From an uncultured bacterium (GTDB lineage: Bacteria > Chlamydiota > Chlamydiia > Chlamydiales > JAAKFR01), in NCBI GenBank assembly GCA_964386785.1, contig CAYLUD010000002.1, positions 1 to 55,712 on the forward strand: a stretch of DNA of 55,712 nucleotides, read 5' to 3'. This document shows, piece after piece, positions 1 to 10,345 of this stretch. Numbering within the stretch: position 1 is the first letter of the stretch; each line of letters starts with the position of its first letter. Below the pieces are notes generated by a model, which saw only the letters and a list, made by a program, of their open reading frames with translations, did no database searches and was not told the DNA's origin. Made by a program: the position numbers and the translations under genes.

Positions 1-21
1 TACCAACTAAGCTAAGCCCCC
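1..21 (-). tRNA. 5' part of a tRNA gene, truncated by the window edge; isotype undetermined
   Basis: Reverse complement of 1..21 reads GGGGGCT-TA-GCTT-AGTTGGTA. This is a 7-nt acceptor strand, then U8 and A9, a D-stem, and a D-loop with canonical A14, G18 G19 and A21. The anticodon lies outside the window. Confidence 0.55.
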
Positions 22-122
22 TCGATCCAGGGTTCGTGAAGCAAATGAGATTGCTTTTAATCGAACCCCCTCCTACATTTGAGGGAAGCACACCATACTG
101 AAACTAGTGACTTTTTAGCAAT

Positions 123-674
123 ATGATTTCTTTGTTTTTGCATGTAACAGCCTTGTTTGCTTGGATGACAGATGCCATGATCCAAGAACAACTAGAACAA
201 CAAATGCGTCAGCAAAACCAAACTGCACCACCACCTCCTGGCCCCCCATCCACCGCGACATATAACCCCTCTTCTACCATTCCTCCCCCAGATACACCCA
301 TCAGCTCCACTCCCACGACAACCGTAAAAACAAATGATGCCAATGTGCAAGGCATCTACTGGCTAAATTTATTAGATCAACGCCAGTATGCAGCTAGTTG
401 GCTTGCTGGAGGCAGCTTATTAAAAGACATCATTGCACAACCGCAATGGATAGCAGCCATGGAAGCAACTCGAAAGCCATTAGGCTCGACACGTTCTAGA
501 AAACTTTCCTCTACAACCACCTTAACTCAACTACCCAACGGGACATCAGGACATTTCACACAGCTTGTGTATCAAACTCAATTTTCGACAGGCAGCCACT
601 CGGAACGGCTGATTATGGTCAGTCTTGCTCATACAGGAGAGTGGCGTGTGGTAGGGTACCGGGTTGAAAAATAA
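123..674 (+). CDS. hypothetical protein with hydrophobic N-terminus and Pro/Thr/Ser-rich linker
   Basis: 183-aa ORF with ATG start. It has a PPPPGPPSTATYNPSSTIPPPDTPISSTPTTT low-complexity segment followed by a globular C-terminal half. No family recognised with confidence. Confidence 0.45.
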   Translation: MISLFLHVTALFAWMTDAMIQEQLEQQMRQQNQTAPPPPGPPSTATYNPSSTIPPPDTPISSTPTTTVKTNDANVQGIYWLNLLDQRQYAASWLAGGSLLKDIIAQPQWIAAMEATRKPLGSTRSRKLSSTTTLTQLPNGTSGHFTQLVYQTQFSTGSHSERLIMVSLAHTGEWRVVGYRVEK

Positions 675-1497
675 CATTTCGATTCCTCTCTTGTTAGCTT
701 GTGGATGGGTCCTTTGTGTAGGAAGCTTTATTGGATTCCAATTCCTTAGTTTTGCATATTGCGACCGATTTTCCTTTCGAGCTATGACGCTACCAGTAGA
801 TCCTCATCCAGAGTGGGAAGTTCCCCCTCCCCCCTATCTATCTGCGATTCTTAATCAACGCTACCACTATGTGAGCAAGGGTTCCCAATCTTTTGTCTTT
901 GAAAGTGAGGATGGACAGTGGGTATTGAAATTTTTCCGTTTAAATCGATGGCTACATCGACCCCATAAATACACGCTTTTTTTACATACAATGCGTAGTG
1001 TCTTCCTCGCCTATCAATCTTTGCGAAGCTACTCGGCATTGGAATATATTCACTTAACAACAACCGATCACCTGCATCAAACGTTGCGGTTATATGATCG
1101 TTTGCAACGACCCTATGTATGCAACGCAGACTCTACAATTTTTTTAATTCAAAAAAAAATACAACCCTTAATCGAGTGTTTCGATAGCCAGTCTCCCACC
1201 CCCATAACGGAGCAACTGAATTATATTTTTCAGGCTCAGAATCTGATTGCACTACGATGTGCCCTGGGGATTGGAGACCAAGATGCGGTCATTCAAAAAA
1301 ATATGGGCGTCCTCGATGGTCAAGTTGTTTTTTTAGACGTGGGATCTTTTTATGAAGATCCCAGTTTACAAGACTCATCAGCGACAGGGAATGAGGTCAA
1401 TCACGTGATGAGAAATTTCCAATCCTGGATTGATATCCATTACCCTCTGCTTTCTCTCAACAACACAAATGAGTTATTCCTTTCTATGTCGTCTTGA
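664..1497 (+). CDS. hypothetical membrane-anchored protein with protein-kinase-like motif pattern
   Basis: 277-aa ORF with a TTG start overlapping the previous stop. N-terminal TM segment IPLLLACGWVLCVGSFIGFQF. Later motifs are KGSQSFVFESEDGQWVLKFF and GIGDQDAVIQKNMGVLDGQVVFLDVGSF (see finding). Confidence 0.5.
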   Translation: MKNNISIPLLLACGWVLCVGSFIGFQFLSFAYCDRFSFRAMTLPVDPHPEWEVPPPPYLSAILNQRYHYVSKGSQSFVFESEDGQWVLKFFRLNRWLHRPHKYTLFLHTMRSVFLAYQSLRSYSALEYIHLTTTDHLHQTLRLYDRLQRPYVCNADSTIFLIQKKIQPLIECFDSQSPTPITEQLNYIFQAQNLIALRCALGIGDQDAVIQKNMGVLDGQVVFLDVGSFYEDPSLQDSSATGNEVNHVMRNFQSWIDIHYPLLSLNNTNELFLSMSS

Positions 1498-1586
1498 AGC
1501 ATCCCGTAACCTAAGCTAAGATATTCTTGCATTTTTTAGATTCCATCTTTAGACTACCCCCTTTAGATTGAAGGAGAATTTTATCA

Positions 1587-3323
1587 ATGAAGGATAAACC
1601 CAATTACACCTGGACTGCTGAAGAACTGCTTGATGACGTAGACTTTCGAGCAGAGGAAGCAGACCAGTTTAAGAAATTATTGAATCTACCAAAACAAGAT
1701 GCAGCCGCTAAAGATTCCGGATTAACAGCTGGAACCATTCTACGGGGAAAAATTGTAGAAATCACCCGCGACTTCGTGGTGGTTGATGTAGGGTTGAAGT
1801 CGGAGGGTCTTGTTCCCACTTCTGAATTCACCGATCCCGATGATTTAGTTCTTGAAAATGAAGTAGAAGTCTACCTAGATCATGCTGAAAATGAACAGGG
1901 GCAGATCGTTCTTTCTAGAGAAAAAGCCTTTAGACAACGGCAATGGGAATACATCATTCAGCACTGCGAAGAAGGATCTATCGTTAAAGGAAAGATTCTC
2001 AGAAAAGTCAAAGGCGGCTTGATTGTGGACATTGGAATGGAAGCCTTCCTTCCAGGCTCTCAAATCGACAATAAGCGCATTAAGAGTTTAGATGAGTTCA
2101 TTGGAATTACATGCGAATTTAAGATTCTCAAAATCAATCTTGAGAGAAAAAACATTGTAGTATCTCGACGTGAGCTGTTAGAAGCTGAGCGCATTTCTAA
2201 GAAAGCTGAGATGCTTGACTCTATTAAAGAAGGCGATGTGTGCCGCGGCGTGGTTAAAAACATTACTGACTTTGGAGTCTTCCTTGATTTAGATGGGATT
2301 GACGGATTACTTCATATCACAGATATGACATGGAAGCGTATTAAACATCCTTCTGAGATGGTCGATCTTGGACAAGAGCTTGAAGTCATGATCCTTGGTG
2401 TTGATAAAGAGAAAGGTCGAGTTGCGCTAGGTTTGAAACAAAAAGAGCACAATCCTTGGGACGAAATTGAAGTAAAATATCCTCCAGGAACTCGTATTAA
2501 GGGTAAAATTGTGAAACTCCTACCTTATGGCGCCTTTATTGAGATTGAACCTGGCATTGAAGGATTAATCCATATTTCCGAAATGTCATGGACTAAAGCT
2601 GTAAACGATCCTAGTGAGATTGTGAATAAAGGAGACGACGTAGAGGCGATTGTTCTTGCTATCCAAAAAGAAGAGGGGAAAATTTCTTTAGGGATCAAGC
2701 AAATTAAATCAAATCCATGGGACGATGTAGAGACTAAATACCCTCCAGGCACCAATGTGCAAGCGGAAGTGAAAAGTCTCACCAACTATGGGGCCTTTGT
2801 TGAGTTAGAGCCAGGCATTGAAGGCTTAATTCATATTTCTGATTTAAGTTGGATCAAGAAAGTATCGCATCCTTCTGAGCTCTTTAAAAAAGGGGATCAT
2901 GTTGTAGCTGTCGTGCTTTCTATCGATAAAGAAAGCAAAAAAATCACCCTAGGAATTAAGCAGTTAAGCTCAAATCCTTGGGAGCGAATTGAATCTACAT
3001 TTCCTGTAGGATCTTTCGTTAAAGGAAAAGTCACTAAAGTCACAGCATTTGGTGCCTTTGTAGAGCTAGAAAACGGGATTGAAGGATTAATTCACGTTTC
3101 TGAGTTGTCAGATCAACCGTTTGCGAAAGTAGAAGACATTATTTCATCTGGTGATTCTGTGACAGCAAAGGTCATGAAGTTAGATCCAGAGCACAAAAAA
3201 GTCTCTCTTTCTATTAAGGAGTTCTTGATTGATCAGAATCAAGTCAATCGAGACGACATCCTTGTAGGGGACTTGGAGACAACTGAATCAGCAGCTCCTT
3301 CTCGCTCTCGCAAGAGAGATTAA
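1587..3323 (+). CDS. rpsA: 30S ribosomal protein S1
   Basis: 578 aa with six repeated S1 (OB-fold) domains, each carrying G..V.G.V....FGAFV.L..GIEGL(I/L)HIS(E/D) signatures. GAAGGAGA Shine-Dalgarno sits 8 nt upstream of the ATG. Confidence 0.95.
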   Translation: MKDKPNYTWTAEELLDDVDFRAEEADQFKKLLNLPKQDAAAKDSGLTAGTILRGKIVEITRDFVVVDVGLKSEGLVPTSEFTDPDDLVLENEVEVYLDHAENEQGQIVLSREKAFRQRQWEYIIQHCEEGSIVKGKILRKVKGGLIVDIGMEAFLPGSQIDNKRIKSLDEFIGITCEFKILKINLERKNIVVSRRELLEAERISKKAEMLDSIKEGDVCRGVVKNITDFGVFLDLDGIDGLLHITDMTWKRIKHPSEMVDLGQELEVMILGVDKEKGRVALGLKQKEHNPWDEIEVKYPPGTRIKGKIVKLLPYGAFIEIEPGIEGLIHISEMSWTKAVNDPSEIVNKGDDVEAIVLAIQKEEGKISLGIKQIKSNPWDDVETKYPPGTNVQAEVKSLTNYGAFVELEPGIEGLIHISDLSWIKKVSHPSELFKKGDHVVAVVLSIDKESKKITLGIKQLSSNPWERIESTFPVGSFVKGKVTKVTAFGAFVELENGIEGLIHVSELSDQPFAKVEDIISSGDSVTAKVMKLDPEHKKVSLSIKEFLIDQNQVNRDDILVGDLETTESAAPSRSRKRD

Positions 3324-3360
3324 CCCTAGCGGCTCCCCTGATTCTTCACCTCATGGGGAG

Positions 3361-3393
3361 GGTGGACCTTGAGTTATATACGCAAGGTCCACC
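3361..3393 (+). promoter_or_regulatory. perfect 11-bp stem / 11-nt loop hairpin between rpsA and nusA (possible attenuator or processing site; no U-tract)
   Basis: GGTGGACCTTG (3361..3371) pairs perfectly with CAAGGTCCACC (3383..3393). It lies inside the rpsA-nusA spacer. Confidence 0.4.
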
Positions 3394-3467
3394 GTAAATT
3401 GGTGGGGTGGGGTCTTGGCGGGATAACCCCTGAACTCGCGGCAGATATTTCTTCTAAGGAGAACAAG

Positions 3468-4739
3468 ATGAATAAAGATCTCGTAGCTATTTTTGAGTAC
3501 ATGGAACGAGAAAAAGGCATCAAACGAGAGCTCGTGATGGATGCCATTCAAACGGGGTTAACTGCTTCCATTAGAAAAAGTTTAAAAGATGAAGCTAACG
3601 TTTCTGTTTCCATTTCCAAAATGGGAGACATCCAAGTTTCTTGTGAAAAAGAAATTGTAGAGCAAGTAGAGTCCTCTGCAAGGGAAATTTCTCTTCTAGC
3701 TGCGAAAGAATATGACCCCGATGCAGAGTTAGGTCAATATATCGATGTCCCAGTAAAACCCGAACGCTTTGGTAGAATAGCAGCAGCTACTGCACGTCAG
3801 ATTATTTCGCAGCTGTTGAAGGGCGCTGAACGCGACGTCGTATATGAGGAATATAAACACCGAATCGGTGAAATCATTAGCGGTGTTGTAAAACGAACGT
3901 TTAAGGGAAACAATTTAGTGATTGATTTGGGTAAAGTTGAAGCGATTTTGCCCATGAGGAACTATCCCAAAACGGAAGAGTATAAGGTGGGAGAAAAAGT
4001 ATTAGCTCTCTTATTCGAAGTAAAAGAGCTAGAAAATGGCAGCGTAGAAGTCGTATTAACTCGCAGTCACCCTGAATTTGTTCGTCAGTTATTCAAACAA
4101 GAAGTCCCTGAAGTAGAAGATGGTACGATTGAGATTATTAGTATTGTACGAGAAGCTGGGTATCGCACGAAACTGTTAGTGCGTTCTTTAGACCCAAAAG
4201 TCGATCCCGTAGGCGCTTGTGTTGGAGTGCGAGGCACCCGAGTGAAGAATGTTATTCGGGAGCTCAATGAAGAGAAAATTGACATTATTCCTTGGTCTCC
4301 TGATTTAGAAACATTATTGCAAAGCATTTTGTCTCCACTTGAAATCCGAAAACTAGGTTGCGATGAGGAAGAAAAAATCATAGCTATTGTGGTAGATGAT
4401 ACGGAGTACGCCGCAGTCTTAGGGAAACGAGGCATGAATGCTCGCCTGATAGGACAACTATTAGGATATGAACTCGAAGTACAACGAATGAGTGAGTATA
4501 ATAAATCTATGGAAATTCAACGCTTTCAGCTTGCAGAAGATGTAGACCCTGCTCTTGATTTGCCTCTTGAAATTCCAGGAGTAAATAAATTGGCTGTCCA
4601 AAACGTGATACAGGCCGGTCATGACACTCTACGTAAAGTCCTCCGACTCTCTGTAACGGATTTGGCGAGCGTACCGGGCATTAGCGTAGAGATAGCCTAC
4701 AAAATTCTAGAAGAAGCTAGCAAATTACGGAGTGAATAA
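3468..4739 (+). CDS. nusA: transcription termination/antitermination factor NusA
   Basis: MNKDLVAIFEYMEREKGI N-terminus typical of NusA, with S1 and KH regions (VGACVGVRGTRVKNVIRELNEEKIDII). AAGGAG lies 6 nt upstream of the ATG at 3468. The track ORF start at 3369 is a TTG extension. Confidence 0.93.
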   Translation: MNKDLVAIFEYMEREKGIKRELVMDAIQTGLTASIRKSLKDEANVSVSISKMGDIQVSCEKEIVEQVESSAREISLLAAKEYDPDAELGQYIDVPVKPERFGRIAAATARQIISQLLKGAERDVVYEEYKHRIGEIISGVVKRTFKGNNLVIDLGKVEAILPMRNYPKTEEYKVGEKVLALLFEVKELENGSVEVVLTRSHPEFVRQLFKQEVPEVEDGTIEIISIVREAGYRTKLLVRSLDPKVDPVGACVGVRGTRVKNVIRELNEEKIDIIPWSPDLETLLQSILSPLEIRKLGCDEEEKIIAIVVDDTEYAAVLGKRGMNARLIGQLLGYELEVQRMSEYNKSMEIQRFQLAEDVDPALDLPLEIPGVNKLAVQNVIQAGHDTLRKVLRLSVTDLASVPGISVEIAYKILEEASKLRSE

Positions 4740-4741
4740 CC

Positions 4742-7294
4742 TTGGCCAAACATCTGAAGCTCAAGATCAAGAATACCCAACTCGCGAATGCCACTGATTT
4801 GGATAAATTAAAGGAGAGACTGGAGAAAAAACCCGTATCTCTTCCAAAGCCGCCTCAGAATGAGCCAAAAGTACCTGTGAGTGAAAAAGAAAAAGCCGAG
4901 CCATTAGTAGCAGAAAGCACGGACCCACAGACGCTCTCATCAGAACCTGTTGCCGACCCCGCAGATGCAGCTCCAAAAATTAAAGCTAAGGCCAAGTCTT
5001 CGTTTACTCCAGGCTTACAAAAAGAGGAAGAATCATTAATTCCTCAATTTCGCGAACGGTCTGTCTCTTTAGCTACTGCAGCACCTGGGGCTTCTGCGCC
5101 GATAAAAGAACGTCTAGGTCCCACAGGGCGTCATGTGAATGACTTGCTAAAAAAGGCAACAGAGCAAAAAGAAGCGGCGATTAAAGAGGCTAAAGAAAAA
5201 AGGCTTCTCCAAGCTCGCTCTCCCCAATCTCTCCCGTTGAACAAGCGTAGACCTGGCGCTCCCTCTTCCTCTCCCCCATCCTCTCAAACTGCTAAGGATG
5301 CTACCGCAAAGACATCTACAGACAAAGATGACAAGAACAGGACAGCCAAGAAGGCTCGGCCTGTTCGTGATTTTAAGGACGTGAAGCCTTCGCGATCTTT
5401 GGAAGCAGGAAAAGGGTTTGATGCACGAGATCGAGCTGGACTAAGAGCTGAGGAAGACGAGGCATGGAGAGCGAAACGAAGAGGAGCTAAGGCAACGATT
5501 TCTCGAGAGGAGGAATATCAACGCCCGACTTCTCTCTGCGTACGGCTACCTATTACCGTTAAGGATTTGGCTGCGGCTATGAAATATAAAGCGTCTGAGT
5601 TAATTCAGAGGCTTTTCCTGCAAAACATGACGTACACACTGAACGATTATTTAGAAGACGAAACCGCAGTGCAGTACTTAGGCCAAGAATTCGGTTGTGA
5701 TATCACAATAGACACCTCAGAAGAAACGCGTATTCGGATTACTGCGGAACGAGTCAATGAGGAAATTGCAAATACAGACCCATCTTCTCTTATTTTCCGT
5801 CCCCCAGTCGTTGCCTTTATGGGACATGTGGATCATGGAAAAACTAGCTTAATTGATGCTATTCGTAAAAGTAATCGAGTAGCGGATGAGGCGGGAGCGA
5901 TTACCCAGCATATTGGCGCATTTATGTGCCAAACCGCTGTCGGTCCTATCACGATTCTAGACACCCCTGGTCACGAAGCCTTTTCTGCGATGAGAGCTCG
6001 AGGAGCTGAGGTGACGGATATTGTTGTCCTCGTTGTGGCTGGAGATGAGGGGCTCAGAGAGCAAACCAAAGAGGCTCTGCAACACGCAAAATTAGCTGGC
6101 GTAACCATTGTTGTCGCGATTAACAAATGTGACAAGCCGAACTTTAACGTAGAAACGGTCTATCGCGAATTATCAGAGGTCGAATTACTTCCTGAAGCGT
6201 GGGGCGGACAGACCATTACTGTAAACACTTCCGCTGTAACAGGGCAAGGGATCCCACAAATGCTCGAAATGTTGGCTCTTCAAGCTGAGATGTTAGAGCT
6301 AAAGGCTAATCCTAATGCACGAGCTCGAGGTACAGTTTTAGAATCTGAAATGCACAAAGGAATGGGCTGTGTTGCAACTGTATTAGTTCAGAATGGAACG
6401 CTGCATTGTGGTGACGCCCTTGTTTTCGAGCGTCACTATGGTCGTGTGAAAACGATGCATAATGACCTTCGCCAATCTCTCCAATCTGCTGGGCCCTCCT
6501 TTCCTGTGGAGATCACGGGGCTATCGGGCTTACCTTCCGCGGGGGATCCTTTTATTGTTGTAAAGAGCGAGAAAGAAGCGAAACATATTGTCGAACAACG
6601 TGAAGTAGGACATAGTGAACGTCTCTTACGCCTTCGAAAAGGTCCAGCTCTTGATTCTCTGTTAGAGCAAGCTCAAGGGAAAAAAACTCTGAATCTGATC
6701 ATAAGATCCGATGTACAGGGATCGACAGAGGCATTGAAAACTTCCTTATTAAAAATCCAATCTGACAAGGCTGACCTCAATATCGTCTTTACTGGGGTAG
6801 GAGAAATTTCGGAATCCGATGCCCAGTTAGCTGCAGCATCTCATTCGGTGATTTTAGGATTCCATACGAATATTGAACCACATGCAGCAACTCTGATTAA
6901 AGATTTAGGGCTTACTGTCATTCAACACGATGTGATTTACCATGCAATTGATGATGTCAAGCGCCTTATGACTGGTCTTCTTGATCGAATTGAAGAAGAG
7001 CGTAATATGGGTACAGCTGAGGTTCGAGCTGTGTTTAAATCGTCTAATCTTGGTTTTATCGCGGGCTGTATGGTTTTAGATGGGATTATTGTTCGAAACC
7101 ATCATGTACGCGTGATTCGAAACAAAGCAGTAGTCTGGAATGGTTTTATAGCTTCGCTAAAACGAAACAAAGACGATGTCAAAGAAGTGAAAAAAGACTT
7201 TGAGTGTGGTATTGTATTGCAGGGATTTGATGGATTTCAACCTGGCGACTTGTTACAAACTTACGAAATCACCTACAAACAACAGGAATTATAA
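4742..7294 (+). CDS. infB: translation initiation factor IF-2
   Basis: 850 aa. Charged, Lys/Pro/Ala-rich N-terminal region followed by a GTPase domain (VVAFMGHVDHGKTSLIDAIR, DTPGHEAF, NKCD). TTG start directly after the nusA stop. Confidence 0.95.
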   Translation: MAKHLKLKIKNTQLANATDLDKLKERLEKKPVSLPKPPQNEPKVPVSEKEKAEPLVAESTDPQTLSSEPVADPADAAPKIKAKAKSSFTPGLQKEEESLIPQFRERSVSLATAAPGASAPIKERLGPTGRHVNDLLKKATEQKEAAIKEAKEKRLLQARSPQSLPLNKRRPGAPSSSPPSSQTAKDATAKTSTDKDDKNRTAKKARPVRDFKDVKPSRSLEAGKGFDARDRAGLRAEEDEAWRAKRRGAKATISREEEYQRPTSLCVRLPITVKDLAAAMKYKASELIQRLFLQNMTYTLNDYLEDETAVQYLGQEFGCDITIDTSEETRIRITAERVNEEIANTDPSSLIFRPPVVAFMGHVDHGKTSLIDAIRKSNRVADEAGAITQHIGAFMCQTAVGPITILDTPGHEAFSAMRARGAEVTDIVVLVVAGDEGLREQTKEALQHAKLAGVTIVVAINKCDKPNFNVETVYRELSEVELLPEAWGGQTITVNTSAVTGQGIPQMLEMLALQAEMLELKANPNARARGTVLESEMHKGMGCVATVLVQNGTLHCGDALVFERHYGRVKTMHNDLRQSLQSAGPSFPVEITGLSGLPSAGDPFIVVKSEKEAKHIVEQREVGHSERLLRLRKGPALDSLLEQAQGKKTLNLIIRSDVQGSTEALKTSLLKIQSDKADLNIVFTGVGEISESDAQLAAASHSVILGFHTNIEPHAATLIKDLGLTVIQHDVIYHAIDDVKRLMTGLLDRIEEERNMGTAEVRAVFKSSNLGFIAGCMVLDGIIVRNHHVRVIRNKAVVWNGFIASLKRNKDDVKEVKKDFECGIVLQGFDGFQPGDLLQTYEITYKQQEL

Positions 7295-7297
7295 TCT

Positions 7298-7666
7298 GTG
7301 GACAAGCGGCGGTTAGATCGAGTCAATTCTCTTTTACTAGAAGTACTTTCTGATGTGATCGCTAAGGAGGTGAAAGACCCTCACTTGCCGGGGCTGATTA
7401 CGGTCACTCAAGTCAAAACTTCTCCTGACTTACAGTATGCTAAGGTGTACGTCAGTGTAATTGGCGATGCTCAACACAAGAGAGAGGCAATCAAAGTACT
7501 GAAACGAGCTTCGGGGTTTATTGCCACTCGGGCTGCCAAGGAAGTACAATTGCGCTACTTCCCCTCTTTGTCTTTTTTCATTGACGATACTTTAGATCAT
7601 CAGATACATATCGAAGAGATTCTTAAACAGATCCGCAGCACGGAGCAAAAGCAAGCCGATGAATAA
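7298..7666 (+). CDS. rbfA: ribosome-binding factor A
   Basis: 122 aa, RbfA-like ([14 protein letters not shown]...[19 protein letters not shown]). GTG start; sits in the conserved position after infB. Confidence 0.9.
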   Translation: MDKRRLDRVNSLLLEVLSDVIAKEVKDPHLPGLITVTQVKTSPDLQYAKVYVSVIGDAQHKREAIKVLKRASGFIATRAAKEVQLRYFPSLSFFIDDTLDHQIHIEEILKQIRSTEQKQADE

Positions 7667-8420
7667 TCTCGAGGCTCTTGATGCACAAGAGGAAGAGACC
7701 CCGCTATGTACTCGTTTGCAGGAAGGAATTCTCTTAGTAGATAAACCTGAAGGCAAAACATCCTTTAGCCTCGTCCGCGCGTTACGACGCATCACTGGCA
7801 TTCAAAAAATTGGACATGCTGGAACTCTTGACCCATTTGCAACAGGTGTCATGGTATACTTGATTGGCAAAAACTATACCTCTATGTCCGATCAATTGCT
7901 GAGTGCAGAAAAAGAATATATTGCTAAGGTGTGTCTAGGTGTGACCACAGATACGTATGATTGTGACGGTAAAATCATGGCTCAATCGAAAAAAAAACCG
8001 TCTACCGAAGCTGTTATTCAAGTCCTTTCCAAATTTCATGGGGAAATTTCTCAAACACCCCCTATGTATAGTGCAAAAAAAATTGGAGGGAAAAAACTAT
8101 ACGAACTAGCAAGAAAAGGGATCACGATAGGGCGCCCGGCTTCGCTAGTGTCCGTGCGCTGTACTCTTCTAGAGTATTCGTACCCCTACCTGTCGATCCA
8201 GGTATCCTGCAGCAAGGGAACCTACATTCGGAGTCTTGCTAGTGACTTGGGCACTTATTTAGGATGTGGAGCACACCTCTGCGAACTTCAGCGTGTGCGT
8301 AGTGGCCTATTTACCTTACAACAATGCATCAATGGAAGTTTGCTGTTTTCCGATTCTATATTTGACATTTCTCCTTATTTGATACGAGATTTGACTCCAT
8401 GGCTACACCCTGTTCGCTAA
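7659..8420 (+). CDS. truB: tRNA pseudouridine-55 synthase TruB
   Basis: 253 aa with the [14 protein letters not shown] and [17 protein letters not shown] catalytic-Asp motif. Overlaps the rbfA stop. Confidence 0.9.
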   Translation: MNNLEALDAQEEETPLCTRLQEGILLVDKPEGKTSFSLVRALRRITGIQKIGHAGTLDPFATGVMVYLIGKNYTSMSDQLLSAEKEYIAKVCLGVTTDTYDCDGKIMAQSKKKPSTEAVIQVLSKFHGEISQTPPMYSAKKIGGKKLYELARKGITIGRPASLVSVRCTLLEYSYPYLSIQVSCSKGTYIRSLASDLGTYLGCGAHLCELQRVRSGLFTLQQCINGSLLFSDSIFDISPYLIRDLTPWLHPVR

Positions 8421-9268
8421 CTCTAGGTGTTTTTGATGGGGTGCACTTAGGTCATCAACATTTACTTAGAGCCCTTACTCATAAAAGGGTGGTGTTCACG
8501 TTTTCTAATCACCCTCTGACCGTGTTATCTGGTGTCACTCCCCCTTTACTGATGTGCGCCCATCATCGCATGGATCTATTACGAAATTTTGCAGATGAAG
8601 TCATTGCGAGCCCTTTTGATCCGCAGTTAGCCAAGCTATCTCCAGAAACCTTCATTCGTCAGCTTAAGAAACACATTTCTTTTACTCATTTAGTATTAGG
8701 GCATGATGCTGTATTTGGACATGAAAGAGCTGGGTCTCCAGATCTTCTTAGAAAACTCAGTCAACACATGCAATTTTCTCTAAGTTATGTACAACCTTTT
8801 CAGTTGAATGGAGAGATCGTATCGAGTCGATTAATTCGAGAGTATCTCCTTCATGGCAAATTAGACCATGTAGCTACTCTATTGGGTAGACCCTATTCGA
8901 TTCGAGGCATTGTGACGGAAGGTCAGCATCTTGGTCAAATATTAGGATTTCCCACTGCCAACTTATCTATAGGAGAATTAGCTCTGCCGCCTCCAGGCGT
9001 CTATTCCGTGCGAGCTAAACAGACCACTCCACATCACCCATATTGGAAAGCTATTGCTAATCTTGGCCATGCACCCACAATCCATACCAATCGTTCCCTA
9101 CTCTTAGAAGTGCATATTCTGGATCCATGCCCTCCCAACCTTTATGGTCAAGAGATAGAAGTAGAATTCATTTCTTTTCTGAGAAACGAGAAGAAATTTT
9201 CTTCTATGGAGCAGCTGATGCTACAAATTCAACAAGATGTCAAGTATCGACTAAGCATGCAAAAATAA
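8399..9268 (+). CDS. ribF: bifunctional riboflavin kinase / FMN adenylyltransferase
   Basis: 289 aa. [17 protein letters not shown] nucleotidyltransferase motif and a C-terminal riboflavin kinase region (GFPTANL...GVY). Overlaps the truB end. Confidence 0.85.
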   Translation: MATPCSLTLGVFDGVHLGHQHLLRALTHKRVVFTFSNHPLTVLSGVTPPLLMCAHHRMDLLRNFADEVIASPFDPQLAKLSPETFIRQLKKHISFTHLVLGHDAVFGHERAGSPDLLRKLSQHMQFSLSYVQPFQLNGEIVSSRLIREYLLHGKLDHVATLLGRPYSIRGIVTEGQHLGQILGFPTANLSIGELALPPPGVYSVRAKQTTPHHPYWKAIANLGHAPTIHTNRSLLLEVHILDPCPPNLYGQEIEVEFISFLRNEKKFSSMEQLMLQIQQDVKYRLSMQK

Positions 9269-10345
9269 GATGATGTCGCCATCCTGCACGATATAGCCTC
9301 GACCTTCTGCTCGTAACTTACCTTCTTCACGAGCTCCTTGTCGGCCCCCATATGCAAGAAAATCGGCTGTAGATACGACTTCCGCACGAATAAAACCTTT
9401 CTCAATATCAGAATGAATTTTTCCAGCAGCCTCTACAGCAGTAGTGCCTCTTGAAATCGTCCAAGCCCTTGTTTCCATTTCTCCGGCAGTAATATAGGTC
9501 ATTAAATCTAGTAAATCAAAGGAAGCCCGAATAAGACGATGCAGTCCTGTTTCTTGCAATCCAACGCTGGCCAAAAACTCTTTTTGCTCATGAGGTGGAA
9601 GCTCTGCAATTTCTGATTCTAATTTTGCACAAATAGCAACTACTTTGCCCCCATCTTGCGCTGCAAACTCGCGCACACGTGCGGTATGCTCATTTTCCAT
9701 ATGAGGTAGGTCTTCCTCCCCAACATTCATGGCATAGAGGACTTTTTTCTGAGTAAGTAAGGGATAGGGCTGTAATAAAATTTCTTCTTCTTTCGTTAAA
9801 TGAAACTGCCGTACAGGCTTCTCTTGTTCTAAATGAGCCAAAACACGACGCAATAGATCCACAGTTGGTTGCATCTCACGATTCGATTTCAGCTGTTTCT
9901 CCAATCGATTTAAGCTACTCTGCACAGATTGCATATCTGCCAAAATCAACTCTAAGTTGATTGTAGTAATATCGGAAATAGGATCTACACGACCTGACAC
10001 ATGAACAATATCTTGTTGTTCAAAACAGCGGACCACATGCACAAGAGCATCTGTTTGCCGAATATGAGATAGAAATTGATTTCCTAACCCTTCACCCTGA
10101 GAAGCTCCCTTTACCAAACCAGCAATATCTACAAACTTCATCGCTGCATATAGAATTCTTTTAGAATGAGAAAGGCGAGAAATTTCTTCCAGTCTAGGAT
10201 CATAGACATCTACGACTCCTACATTGGGATCAATGGTACAAAAAGGGAAATTAGAAGAAGCTGCTCCTGCCTTGGTCAACGCATTAAACAACGAAGTCTT
10301 CCCTACATTAGGAAGGCCGACAATACCACATTCTTTCTGAGACAT
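9251..10345 (-). CDS. ychF: ribosome-binding ATPase YchF (Obg-family)
   Basis: CGIVGLPNVGKTSLFNALT P-loop immediately after the Met at 10345, and a C-terminal TGS-like end VQDGDIILF. The 68-codon upstream extension in the track ORF (to 10549) has no YchF counterpart. The 3' end overlaps ribF convergently by 18 nt. Confidence 0.9.
   Translation of the reverse strand: MSQKECGIVGLPNVGKTSLFNALTKAGAASSNFPFCTIDPNVGVVDVYDPRLEEISRLSHSKRILYAAMKFVDIAGLVKGASQGEGLGNQFLSHIRQTDALVHVVRCFEQQDIVHVSGRVDPISDITTINLELILADMQSVQSSLNRLEKQLKSNREMQPTVDLLRRVLAHLEQEKPVRQFHLTKEEEILLQPYPLLTQKKVLYAMNVGEEDLPHMENEHTARVREFAAQDGGKVVAICAKLESEIAELPPHEQKEFLASVGLQETGLHRLIRASFDLLDLMTYITAGEMETRAWTISRGTTAVEAAGKIHSDIEKGFIRAEVVSTADFLAYGGRQGAREEGKLRAEGRGYIVQDGDIILFLHA

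Noticed and set aside
59-70. GGGGGTTCGATT on the minus strand, looked like a tRNA T-arm (possible second tRNA)
   Set aside because: The flanking bases cannot form the 5-bp T-stem (GGGGG followed by ...AAAAG), and no acceptor or anticodon arms could be drawn.
3369-3467. TTG-initiated 33-codon extension of nusA
   Set aside because: The region forms the strong intergenic hairpin. The canonical NusA N-terminus MNKDLV starts at the ATG at 3468, which has AAGGAG 6 nt upstream.
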